Below, piece by piece: positions 38,094 through 46,890 of a stretch of DNA of 64,000 bases; within the stretch, counting starts at the first letter, position 1, and every line of letters starts with the position of its first letter. This DNA comes from Sphingobacteriales bacterium. GTDB lineage: Bacteria; Bacteroidota; Bacteroidia; Chitinophagales; Chitinophagaceae. A program made the position numbers and the translations under genes. The DNA lies in assembly GCA_004144175.1 (NCBI GenBank), contig SEFT01000011.1, forward strand, positions 55,405 to 119,404. Direction: 5' to 3'. The notes beneath the pieces are model-generated. The model worked only from the letters and a program-made list of their open reading frames with translations, ran no database searches and was not told where the DNA came from.

Positions 38094-38837
38094 TTATGGT
38101 GTCTTTGGTGACGGCAATTCGATGTTCAGTAGTGAATCAGCTTTATAAATTGCAGTTCTAATGTCGCTGCCTACGTAACCCGCCATCCTCTGATCTTCGC
38201 TGTCTTCTCGAGGAGTTGTCTCAAAATAAAAATCAAAACCGTCGATGCCAGCGATAACCCTATTCCAAAGCCAAAACAAAATACTGTTACGAATAATAAA
38301 AGGGCTTGACGATGTCGCTTGAAAATGCTTCAGCAGTTTAGAAATTGTGTTATTAAACTCGCCTGCGTTTGTCGCCAGTAATACTTCCTTCCAGTATATG
38401 ATCTGAATGTTCTGTAGATCTGCTTTAAACTTTATCAGGGATGCTCGGTACTCATCATCTCGTACATCACTATGTAGCTCTAGTTGCCGATGCATTGCGA
38501 GCGATACTCCGTCGCTTTTTTGATTGTTAGTATCAAGCTTAACAAGGATAGAGTGCAACTCGTGGTTTTGAATCACGTTACTGAGCAGCAAAGCATTTGT
38601 ATTGATCAACAATGAATCGAACCTTTTCATCATGTCTTTCTGATCCCCTAGGCGCTCGGCTTGTTCGGTCTGCCTATTAAAGACATATACGGAAATGATA
38701 ATTGAAATTACAGCTAGTGAAGTCTGCGCAATTGCCGACCACCTGGTGAACAGCTTTTCATCTGGAGATGGCTCTAGCGCTTTCTTTAGGGCACGCCAGT
38801 GTAGTGTTTCATGTTTGTGTTGCGGGGAATGTTTCAT
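38094..38837 (-). CDS. Hypothetical single-TM protein, paralogue B
   Basis: HETLHWRALKKALEPSPDEKL leader, TM, coiled coil, helical C-terminal domain. Confidence 0.7.
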   Translation of the reverse strand: MKHSPQHKHETLHWRALKKALEPSPDEKLFTRWSAIAQTSLAVISIIISVYVFNRQTEQAERLGDQKDMMKRFDSLLINTNALLLSNVIQNHELHSILVKLDTNNQKSDGVSLAMHRQLELHSDVRDDEYRASLIKFKADLQNIQIIYWKEVLLATNAGEFNNTISKLLKHFQATSSSPFIIRNSILFWLWNRVIAGIDGFDFYFETTPREDSEDQRMAGYVGSDIRTAIYKADSLLNIELPSPKTP

Positions 38838-38863
38838 AGACTATTCCAACTTTACTTATTGGC

Positions 38864-39661
38864 TCAGTCGTTGCTAGTGCCCACATAAATTATTTGCCCC
38901 TTTTCAAACATGTACCATTTTGCCATATCCGAAGCATCGCCGAACACAAATTTTTCAAGATCAGTATGTACAAATATTCTTTGGTTTTTATTCACATGAT
39001 TATCCCAGCCAACAAAATCGCATAGTTCAGCTTTCCCGTCGATTATCATAGTGTCGCTACCCTGTCTCCATCCGAAAAGTGCATTTTGTCCAGGTAAATA
39101 AACTCTAAGTGATTCCTTATTAGTCACCCTCGATTTTTCGGAAGCCGGGATTATAACGACTGGATTATACCATTCTCCTGATTTTGGGCCAATAAGGTAC
39201 CCCTTTTTACCATTTGGCATCGTTGTGATAGATATCAGGTAGTTATTAGCATCGCTCACGCCAATAGAGGTATCAACATTGAAGGTAGTTATAGAAGAAT
39301 TTGGCGAGTTGACAATATTGCTACTACCTGTTACAGTCACCGGCTGCGTGACGGCAACATTGGAAATCCCTCTTATTGTATTGCCTATAGGTTTCGAAGC
39401 CTTTGATGAGACCTTGGTTGTTCCTCCGGAATCATGAGTGGCAATAACGATTTGCCGATCATCCTTTGGATTATCCAATGAAGTTTTTGCTGGAGGAATC
39501 AGAGAACCATACTTGCTCGAGAAGCCATATTTATTCGCAATAATGATGCATACTAAAAAAATTATGATCACAACAGCTGCAGCAAGCGTCCAGTAGTAAA
39601 GTCCCGGTTTTTTTTCAATAAGCTTGGGGACATTTATTTCGTGTTTGCTGTTGTTGTCCAT
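38864..39661 (-). CDS. Hypothetical membrane-anchored protein with S/T-rich linker
   Basis: TM LAAAVVIIIFLVCIIIA, low-complexity linker, beta-rich C-terminal domain. Confidence 0.7.
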   Translation of the reverse strand: MDNNSKHEINVPKLIEKKPGLYYWTLAAAVVIIIFLVCIIIANKYGFSSKYGSLIPPAKTSLDNPKDDRQIVIATHDSGGTTKVSSKASKPIGNTIRGISNVAVTQPVTVTGSSNIVNSPNSSITTFNVDTSIGVSDANNYLISITTMPNGKKGYLIGPKSGEWYNPVVIIPASEKSRVTNKESLRVYLPGQNALFGWRQGSDTMIIDGKAELCDFVGWDNHVNKNQRIFVHTDLEKFVFGDASDMAKWYMFEKGQIIYVGTSND

Positions 39662-39664
39662 ACC

Positions 39665-39820
39665 TTACATTTTAGCTGCCTTCTTAAGCGCCTCGATAAG
39701 ATCTTGCTGTTGTTTTATTACCTCGTCTTTCTCTTTGATGAGCGCCAGCAAATGGCCTTTGGGTAGTAGCTTGTTGCGGAACAAGCAGAGAAGCAATTCA
39801 TTCGATAAAGCAATATCCAT
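39665..39820 (-). CDS. 51-aa coiled-coil ORF, possible regulator remnant
   Basis: Hand-translated MDIALSNELLLCLFRNKLLPKGHLLALIKEKDEVIKQQQDLIEALKKAAKM; stop 3 nt before the next ATG. Confidence 0.45.
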   Translation of the reverse strand: MDIALSNELLLCLFRNKLLPKGHLLALIKEKDEVIKQQQDLIEALKKAAKM

Positions 39821-39934
39821 ACTTTGGTGATATTTATTCTAAAATAGAGATAAAAGTCAGCAACACCAACAGTAAATGCATCTGCAAAAAAACAAAAAAG
39901 GCCTGAAGTAAACTTCAAGCCTTTGTAGATCTAG

Positions 39935-40008
39935 TAGCGAAGACGGGAGTTGAACCCGTGACCTCAGGGTTATGAATCCTGCGCTCTAACCATCTGAGCT
40001 ACCTCGCC
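39935..40008 (-). tRNA. tRNA-Met (CAT), elongator type, CCA not encoded
   Basis: GGCGAGGTAGCTCAGATGGTTAGAGCGCAGGATTCATAACCCTGAGGTCACGGGTTCAACTCCCGTCTTCGCTA; G1-U72 pair and no initiator features. Confidence 0.93.
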
Positions 40009-40019
40009 AAAACGGATGG

Positions 40020-40027
40020 CAAAAGTA
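40020..40027 (-). promoter_or_regulatory. -7 promoter element of tRNA-Met
   Basis: TACTTTTG on the minus strand, 11 nt before the tRNA 5' end. Confidence 0.7.
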
Positions 40028-40046
40028 GGTAAAAAGTTTAAATTTC

Positions 40047-40484
40047 CTAGCCTATGGCCAGATGATTTTTTAGATCGGTGCTGAGAACCGCTATCCGCGC
40101 GGTTTTGTAGTCGTAAGTTACCATGCCCGTCTTGGCGTGGGCAATGTCTTTCCGGCTCCCATTGCGCTCTGTGCTAATATGATAGAGCAGGTCGAATGAG
40201 CGGTCGGCTACTTCTGCGGCATATATGCATATGGTAAGCACGTCGCCATAAAACGCCTCGCCCCGGTAGGCAATCATCACATCGGCCATGATCATCCCTA
40301 CCCCACCAGCATCCAGTTCGGTATAGCCCCACTGCGATAGCAACTGCATACGGGCCTCGTGTATGATGGACAGCAGGCGGTCGTTGCCCAGGTGGTTGCC
40401 ATAGTTGATATCGGTAATGCGTACGGGTATGCTGATGGTCGCTAACGGTTTTTCGTCGGGAAACTTTATTTTTACGCGGGTCAT
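40047..40484 (-). CDS. Hotdog-fold acyl-CoA thioesterase
   Basis: VRITDINYGNHLGND, IIHEAR, AHAKTGMV. Confidence 0.9.
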   Translation of the reverse strand: MTRVKIKFPDEKPLATISIPVRITDINYGNHLGNDRLLSIIHEARMQLLSQWGYTELDAGGVGMIMADVMIAYRGEAFYGDVLTICIYAAEVADRSFDLLYHISTERNGSRKDIAHAKTGMVTYDYKTARIAVLSTDLKNHLAIG

Positions 40485-40508
40485 GTCAAATCGATTATCC
40501 TTCTTCTT

Positions 40509-41120
40509 ATGAAAATTATATGCATCGGCAGAAACTACGGAGCACACGCAAAGGAACTAAATAATGAAATACCTACCGAGCCTGTGATATTTATGAAGCC
40601 CAAAAGCGCCGTGCTGCTGCCCGACAAGCCGCTGTATTACCCCGAGTTTACCGACGACCTGCACTACGAGTGTGAGCTGATCGTGAAGATAGGCAAGAAC
40701 GGAAAGTACATACAGGAGAAGTTTGCCCACAAATACTACAGCGAGATAAGCGTAGGCATCGACTTTACCGCCCGCGACCTTCAGGAGAAACAGAAAAAGA
40801 AAGGCCTGCCCTGGGAGATAGCCAAGGCATTTGACGGCAGCGCTGCGATAGGCAGGTTTGTACCTGTAACCGAGGGAATGGACTTGCAAAAGCTCCACTT
40901 CCAGCTAAAGAAGAATGACGAGCTGGTGCAGGACGGGCACACCGCCGATATGATGTTCCCCGTCAATAAGATCATTGCCTATGTATCGCAGTTCTTTACC
41001 CTCAACATCGGCGACCTTATATTTACGGGCACTCCATCGGGTGTGGGGCCGGTTACGGTGCAGGACAAGCTGGAGTGCTACCTGGAGGGCGAAAAGCTGA
41101 CAGAAGTGAACATTCGCTAA
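40509..41120 (+). CDS. Fumarylacetoacetate hydrolase family protein
   Basis: KIICIGRNY, HYECEL, DFTARDLQ, AKAFD, FTGTPSGVG. Confidence 0.95.
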   Translation: MKIICIGRNYGAHAKELNNEIPTEPVIFMKPKSAVLLPDKPLYYPEFTDDLHYECELIVKIGKNGKYIQEKFAHKYYSEISVGIDFTARDLQEKQKKKGLPWEIAKAFDGSAAIGRFVPVTEGMDLQKLHFQLKKNDELVQDGHTADMMFPVNKIIAYVSQFFTLNIGDLIFTGTPSGVGPVTVQDKLECYLEGEKLTEVNIR

Positions 41121-41167
41121 ACGGCGGTTGTTATAAAGCCAATAAAAAAAACCTTGAATAGGCCAAA

Positions 41168-42052
41168 GTGAAGATTTATAATCCTAAGAAGTGGTTCCAG
41201 ATACTGTTTGAGTTCCATACGTCCGATACGCTGCGCAAGCTGGGTGTGCTCATCCTCATCATAGCAGCATATTCGGGCCTGGTAGCATTCCTGGAGCTGC
41301 ACTATTTCGACATCCGCAACCACCCCTGGCTAAAAAATATGAACCTGCTGCACAACCTGCTGGGTTTTGCATTGTCGCTGTTGCTGGTATTCCGCACCAA
41401 CACCGCCTACGACCGCTGGTGGGAGGGCCGCAAGCTTTGGGGGGCACTGGTAAACAACAGCCGCAACCTGGCCATCAAGATGCAGGTACTGCTGCCCAAG
41501 GACGACATACAAGACCGGCACTACTTTGCCAAGATGATACCGCTGTATGCAGCCGTGCTGAAAGAGCACCTGCAGGCAGAAAGCACCCGCCTGGCGCTGG
41601 ACGATGTAGACCACCCCGAAATACGGAATCTGCTGCAAGACAAACATGCGCCGAACCAGATAGCACGGCTGATACACCACAAAGTAATAGAGCTGCAAAA
41701 CAGAGGATTGATCAGTGGTGAGCAATTGCTGTTCCTCAACCCCGAGCTGATGAGCTTTACCGACATATGCGGCGCCTGCGAGCGTATCAAGAACACGCCT
41801 ATCCCCTATTCGTACAGTGCATTTATCAAGAAGTTTATCTTCATCTACATCATGACACTGCCCTTTGGCTACGTGCCGCAGCTGGGCTATTGGATCATGC
41901 CGGTGGTAGCGCTGGTATTCTATATACTGGCCAGCCTTGAAGTGATAGCCGAAGAGATAGAAGACCCGTTTGGCACCGATGCCAATGACCTGCCTATGGA
42001 CAGGATAGCGGATAATATACGGAAGCATGTAGTAGAGATACTGGAGGGCTAA
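41168..42052 (+). CDS. Bestrophin-family channel
   Basis: LLVFRTNTAYDRWWEGRKLWG, CERIKNTPIP, IEDPFG. Confidence 0.95.
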   Translation: MKIYNPKKWFQILFEFHTSDTLRKLGVLILIIAAYSGLVAFLELHYFDIRNHPWLKNMNLLHNLLGFALSLLLVFRTNTAYDRWWEGRKLWGALVNNSRNLAIKMQVLLPKDDIQDRHYFAKMIPLYAAVLKEHLQAESTRLALDDVDHPEIRNLLQDKHAPNQIARLIHHKVIELQNRGLISGEQLLFLNPELMSFTDICGACERIKNTPIPYSYSAFIKKFIFIYIMTLPFGYVPQLGYWIMPVVALVFYILASLEVIAEEIEDPFGTDANDLPMDRIADNIRKHVVEILEG

Positions 42053-42136
42053 CCGCAGACGGGCATGTATCCCAAATCTGCTTTATCTTCGGGATGGCTA
42101 ATGCTAGGTAACACAGACTTTTAATACCGGGAAACG

Positions 42137-42811
42137 ATGGATGTAAAAATAGAAGAGAGCTGGAAGGAGCAGTTGAAGGAAGAGTTTAAGCAGGATTATT
42201 TTAAGGCGATCAGGGAGTTTTTACGGGCCGAAAAAGTGGCGGGCAAAACGATATACCCTGCCGGGCAAAATATCTTCAACGCATTCAACACTACACCGTT
42301 TGATGAGGTGAAGGTGGTGATACTGGGACAAGACCCATACCATAACCCCGGCCAGGCGCATGGGCTTAGCTTTTCGGTACCGAAGGGTGTACAGCCGCCG
42401 CCATCGCTGGTCAATATTTTTAAGGAAATACACGAGGACCTGGGACTGCCCATACCAAAGCATGGCAACCTGGAGCACTGGGCCAAACAAGGCGTACTGC
42501 TGCTGAACGCCGCACTCACCGTAGAGGCGCACAAGCCAATGAGCCATAGCAAAGTGGGCTGGCACCACTTTACCGACGATGTGATACGCATTGTATCAGA
42601 GAAGAAAGAGCATGTGGTGTTTATACTCTGGGGGGCATTTGCTAAAGGCAAAGCTGTGCTGATAGATACGAATAAACATTTGGTGCTTACATCGGCACAC
42701 CCATCGCCGCTGTCGGCGCATAATGGGTTCTTTGGTAGTAAGCATTTCAGCAAGGCCAATAAATGGCTGGAACAAAAAGGGCTGGGCCCGATAGACTGGT
42801 CCTTAGACTAG
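42137..42811 (+). CDS. ung: Uracil-DNA glycosylase
   Basis: [20 protein letters not shown]. Confidence 0.97.
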   Translation: MDVKIEESWKEQLKEEFKQDYFKAIREFLRAEKVAGKTIYPAGQNIFNAFNTTPFDEVKVVILGQDPYHNPGQAHGLSFSVPKGVQPPPSLVNIFKEIHEDLGLPIPKHGNLEHWAKQGVLLLNAALTVEAHKPMSHSKVGWHHFTDDVIRIVSEKKEHVVFILWGAFAKGKAVLIDTNKHLVLTSAHPSPLSAHNGFFGSKHFSKANKWLEQKGLGPIDWSLD

Positions 42812-42820
42812 CAACACACA

Positions 42821-43573
42821 ATGAACATTATAAAACGAGTACTCGGACATATCTTCTTTGTATACGCATTGCTGCTGTTTGTAGCAACAATGCTGATCGT
42901 AGTGATGCCAATATGGCTCACCTCATTCATGAAGGAGCCGCAGCGGTCCAAATGGCTGCATGGCATCTTCCGCGTGTGGATGGGTGTATATATGCCGCTG
43001 GCAGGATGCCCTGTGATACGCAGGGGTAAAGAAAAATTCCAGCCGGGGCAATCGTATGTCGTGGTTACCAACCACAATTCGTTTGTGGATATACCGGTGT
43101 CGTCGCCATGGATACCGGGGCCGAATAAAACGCTGGCTAAGATAGAGATGGCTCGTATACCAATATTTGGTTTGATCTACACGGCGGGCTCAATACTGGT
43201 GGACCGCAAGAGCGACCAAAGCCGCAGGGAGAGCTTTGCTAAAATGCAGGCTACACTGGACATGGGCCTGCACCTCTGCCTTTACCCTGAAGGAACACGC
43301 AACAAAACAAAACAACCGATACAGACCTTCTACGATGGAGCTTTTAAGACGGCTATACGTGCGCAGCATCCTATAATGCCTGCAGTTATCTTCAATACCG
43401 GAAGAATATTGCCGCACAATGTACCCGCATGGGCATGGCCGATGCCGGTGCATTTTGACTTCCTCGACCCGATACCTACTAAAGGGTTGGCGCTCAGCGA
43501 CACTGCCGAACTGAAAGCCAGGGTGCATCAGTTGATGACGGACTATTACGTAGCAAACCGCGATAAGAAATGA
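42821..43573 (+). CDS. Lysophospholipid acyltransferase (PlsC-like)
   Basis: NHNSFVD, LYPEGTR. Confidence 0.92.
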   Translation: MNIIKRVLGHIFFVYALLLFVATMLIVVMPIWLTSFMKEPQRSKWLHGIFRVWMGVYMPLAGCPVIRRGKEKFQPGQSYVVVTNHNSFVDIPVSSPWIPGPNKTLAKIEMARIPIFGLIYTAGSILVDRKSDQSRRESFAKMQATLDMGLHLCLYPEGTRNKTKQPIQTFYDGAFKTAIRAQHPIMPAVIFNTGRILPHNVPAWAWPMPVHFDFLDPIPTKGLALSDTAELKARVHQLMTDYYVANRDKK

Positions 43574-44346
43574 CCTTTTACATTATAGGCAGCGGCAATA
43601 TGGCCTGGTTCCTGGTTACAAGGCTAACGGGTGCGGGGCATGTATGCAAGGGTGTGTACAGCCGTAATCATGATACGGGCAGTCAATTAGCGGATGCGTT
43701 TGGATTAAAGCAGCTTTCATCGCCCGAAGAGATACAGGACGATGCCGACTGCTGCATTATGGCCATTGCCGATGGCGCGATCGACGAAGTCGTAAAGCGA
43801 TTATCACTTAGCAATACGGTGCTGCTGCACACAGCAGGTGCCGCATCTATCAATCTTTTATCATCTGCTACGCAGCATTATGGTGTGCTGTGGCTCATTT
43901 ACAGCATTGTAAAGAATAACCTGCCGGAACATAGACAAATTCCTTGTGCTTACGAATATTCGGATACCAGAGCCAAAGAAGTGATACAGCAGTTAGCCAA
44001 CAGCATTACAGACATTACCTATGAAGCCGACGGCACCTCGCGCAAATGGCTGCACCTGTGTGCAGTGTTGAGCAACAACTTTACCAACCATATGATGGCC
44101 ATTACCGATGAACTATGCCGCAGAGAAGGCATACCATTCGATATGCTGCGCCCTATATTGTCGCAAACATTTGAGCGGACGACCACTACTCCGCCCCGTG
44201 CATTGCAAACAGGCCCCGCCCGACGGAACGACGAAAAAACCATGACCAGCCATATGAAGATGTTGGACGACCACCCTGAGTGGCAGCGCATCTACCAGGC
44301 TGTCAATGAGTCGATAAAGGCTATGTATAAGTCCGGCAACCAATAA
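43570..44346 (+). CDS. Rossmann-like and DUF2520 domain protein
   Basis: IIGSGNMA, LHTAGA, LHLCAVLSNNFTNHM, QTGPARRND. Confidence 0.9.
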   Translation: MTFYIIGSGNMAWFLVTRLTGAGHVCKGVYSRNHDTGSQLADAFGLKQLSSPEEIQDDADCCIMAIADGAIDEVVKRLSLSNTVLLHTAGAASINLLSSATQHYGVLWLIYSIVKNNLPEHRQIPCAYEYSDTRAKEVIQQLANSITDITYEADGTSRKWLHLCAVLSNNFTNHMMAITDELCRREGIPFDMLRPILSQTFERTTTTPPRALQTGPARRNDEKTMTSHMKMLDDHPEWQRIYQAVNESIKAMYKSGNQ

Positions 44347-44360
44347 AAGGCGCGAAGCAT

Positions 44361-44368
44361 TAACTTTG
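44361..44368 (+). promoter_or_regulatory. -7 promoter element of fdx-iscX-kdsC
   Basis: TAACTTTG. Confidence 0.6.
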
Positions 44369-44390
44369 CCGCAAATTATTGCACCTTTTC

Positions 44391-44729
44391 ATGTATACTA
44401 TCAATTTTAAATTTGAACAAAAAGGGCTCGAACCGGTAACCATAGACAATGTGGAAGCAGGACAAAGCATTCTGGAGATAGCCCTTGACAACAATATAGA
44501 ACTGCACCACAACTGCGGCATGGTATGCGCCTGTAGCACCTGCCATATATACCTGGAGAAAGGCGAAGACCTGGTTGCTGAACTAAGCGACAAAGAAGAA
44601 GACTTTATAGACCGCGCGCGCAACCCGAGGCTGTCATCGCGCCTGGGCTGCCAGTGTGTGCTGGAAGACGGCGGCAGCGGTACGCTGGAAGTAACGGTAC
44701 CCGATCAATCATTAATTCACGGAGAATAA
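44391..44729 (+). CDS. fdx: ISC-type [2Fe-2S] ferredoxin
   Basis: HNCGMVCACSTCH and SRLGCQ. Confidence 0.92.
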   Translation: MYTINFKFEQKGLEPVTIDNVEAGQSILEIALDNNIELHHNCGMVCACSTCHIYLEKGEDLVAELSDKEEDFIDRARNPRLSSRLGCQCVLEDGGSGTLEVTVPDQSLIHGE

Positions 44730-44742
44730 TATTTATACGAAC

Positions 44743-44982
44743 ATGGCTCATTACGAACCACCGATACACTGGAACGACTACGAAGACATTGCCCTGAAGC
44801 TATACGAGCGCTTTGGCGACGACTTTGGCGAGCAGAAGATATACCGCATACGCTTTACCGAACTGCTGGACTGGGTGCTGGAGATACCGGGCTTTGAAGG
44901 TAAGCGCGAAGAAAGCAACGAAGGCCACCTCGAAATGATACAATCGAGCTGGGTATACGAATGGCGCGATAATCAGAAATAA
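44743..44982 (+). CDS. iscX: Fe-S cluster assembly protein IscX
   Basis: HWNDYEDIALKLYE, IRFTELLDWVLEIPGF, LEMIQSSW. Confidence 0.88.
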   Translation: MAHYEPPIHWNDYEDIALKLYERFGDDFGEQKIYRIRFTELLDWVLEIPGFEGKREESNEGHLEMIQSSWVYEWRDNQK

Positions 44983-44987
44983 AAACG

Positions 44988-45494
44988 ATGAACGTACTGG
45001 AACTTTTTGCTCCTATCCGCGTATTTGTGTTTGATGTAGACGGCGTATTAACCAATGGTAATATACTAGCTACCGAAGACGGCCACCTGCTGCGCAGCAT
45101 GAACATCAAAGATGGCTATGCGCTGCAACTGGCCATCAAGAAGGGCTATAAGGTATGGATCATATCGGGTGGCAAGTCGGAAGCCGTGCGCAACCGCCTG
45201 CACAAGCTGGGCGTTACGGACGTACACATAGGCATCGAGACCAAGAAAGAAGCATTGCAGGACATAGCCCTGACCGCACATACCGCTTACGAGCAGGTGC
45301 TGTACATGGGCGATGACATACCCGACTATGCTGCGATGCAACTATGCGGGCTGCCTTGCTGCCCCAACGATGCAGTAATGGAAATAAAACAAGTATCTAA
45401 ATACATCTCTCCCTACAAAGGCGGGGAAGGATGTGTGAGGGATGTAATAGAAAAAGTACTGAAACTAAACGGCGACTGGGACCTGCCCCTGTAG
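44988..45494 (+). CDS. kdsC: KDO 8-phosphate phosphatase (KdsC/YrbI family HAD)
   Basis: FDVDGVLTNG, KDG, IISGG, MGDDIPD, GGEGCVRD. Confidence 0.9.
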   Translation: MNVLELFAPIRVFVFDVDGVLTNGNILATEDGHLLRSMNIKDGYALQLAIKKGYKVWIISGGKSEAVRNRLHKLGVTDVHIGIETKKEALQDIALTAHTAYEQVLYMGDDIPDYAAMQLCGLPCCPNDAVMEIKQVSKYISPYKGGEGCVRDVIEKVLKLNGDWDLPL

Positions 45495-45502
45495 CCGTTT
45501 AG

Positions 45503-45862
45503 TTATTTCTTCTCGAAATAGCCGTTGAGGCGAAAAAGGTCGTCGCTGCCATTCTTCATAGCGGCGCTTACGTTATAGCTCCTTCCGCTTTGCTGCCAGC
45601 TAATCTCTATCATAGGCTGCTCGTCCGACGTAACCATCTGTAGGAACTTTACCTGGTCCATATTGCGCATCCACAGGTTCTGGTCGGTCTGCTGCTCCAG
45701 CAATTCCTTTACCATCTCCATCATACACACACCGGGTACCACGGGGCGACCCGAGTTGCTGGCTTTAAATATATCGTGCTGCGAGTTGAACGCGATCTTG
45801 CACGATACGCTGTTGGGGTCGCGCTGAAGGTACTGGATGCGGTAAAAATCATTCATTAACAT
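45503..45862 (-). CDS. FabZ/ApeI-like hotdog dehydratase
   Basis: FNSQHDIFK....PVVPGVCMMEMVKE and VKFL; the usual catalytic His position (GHFP) is not evident. Confidence 0.75.
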   Translation of the reverse strand: MLMNDFYRIQYLQRDPNSVSCKIAFNSQHDIFKASNSGRPVVPGVCMMEMVKELLEQQTDQNLWMRNMDQVKFLQMVTSDEQPMIEISWQQSGRSYNVSAAMKNGSDDLFRLNGYFEKK

Positions 45863-46129
45863 ACCTGGGTCGTATTTAGTTCATTAAGAAATAGGGGGAT
45901 CGCCCCATGCAGGCTTCTAAAGTTCATCGTACACCTGCACTTATATAAGACGGACAAAAGACGCCCTACCCCTATGCCGACATTGTAATTTTTTTGTCAG
46001 CAAAGAGGGAATTGAATATTCCCGACTTATATAGTTGAAACGATCTGTGTATGTAGTATAGCATGTAGCGTGCCAAACTTTGAGAACGGCACGGATGTAT
46101 GTCAGGGAATTGTTAGATGATGGGGCTTA

Positions 46130-46153
46130 GTGTCAGTTGGAAGCAACTGACAC
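46130..46153. other. Perfect 10-bp hairpin upstream of kptA
   Basis: GTGTCAGTTG-gaag-CAACTGACAC. Confidence 0.5.
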
Positions 46154-46211
46154 ATTGGAAATGCAACCAAAGAAAAAAACTAAATTTATTTGCAGGAATG
46201 ATAACAGCTAT

Positions 46212-46760
46212 ATGAACGAAAAACAACTTACGAAGACCAGCAAGTTTTTAAGCCTGGTACTACGTCACCAGCCCGAAACAATCGGTATAGAGCTGGACAA
46301 CAATGGCTGGACTGACGTGAAAACATTGATCGAAAGGGCTAATGCGTACGGCGTAGAGCTAGATGAAGCAACTTTGGATCATCTTGTTGCAACAAACTCA
46401 AAAAAACGCTTTGCTTTCAATGACGCTCATGATAAAATAAGAGCCAACCAAGGGCATTCTGTTGATGTGGAACTTGGATTTCCAAGCCGACTGCCACCTG
46501 AGATACTTTATCATGGTACAGGCGAGAAATCAGTTCAATCGATTATGGATAAAGGATTAGACAAAGGCAGCAGACACCATGTGCATCTGAGCGCTGATAC
46601 CGAAACGGCAAGCAAAGTTGGTCAACGCCATGGGAAGCCTTTCATTTTCGAGGTGATGGCCGGACAAATGCATAAAGACGGTTTTGCATTTTATATCTCT
46701 GATAACGGGGTATGGCTGACAGAACATGTACCCGCTAAATATCTGACAAGTGCCCAATGA
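46212..46760 (+). CDS. kptA: RNA 2'-phosphotransferase (Tpt1/KptA)
   Basis: SKFLSLVLRHQP, KKRF, IRANQGHS, LYHGT, RHHVHLS, NGVWLT. Confidence 0.96.
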   Translation: MNEKQLTKTSKFLSLVLRHQPETIGIELDNNGWTDVKTLIERANAYGVELDEATLDHLVATNSKKRFAFNDAHDKIRANQGHSVDVELGFPSRLPPEILYHGTGEKSVQSIMDKGLDKGSRHHVHLSADTETASKVGQRHGKPFIFEVMAGQMHKDGFAFYISDNGVWLTEHVPAKYLTSAQ

Positions 46761-46890
46761 CAGTCATCACATCGTTAACCTAAAAAATCCACCCACAAAG
46801 CTTTTCACCCTGTAAATCACCCTCATCAACCGCACCGTGGCCGTGCTTACAAGCCTATCTTCAATGTCCCTAAAAAGAGCATTGAGCTAT

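Noticed and set aside
20038-39900. Intact prophage, ICE or transposon
   Set aside because: No integrase, transposase, relaxase or phage structural gene seen, and no att repeat found by eye
39935-40008. Initiator tRNA-fMet or tRNA-Ile2 identity
   Set aside because: No C1:A72 mismatch or triple G-C anticodon stem; the acceptor stem lacks the C4/C5 pattern typical of TilS substrates, so elongator Met is preferred
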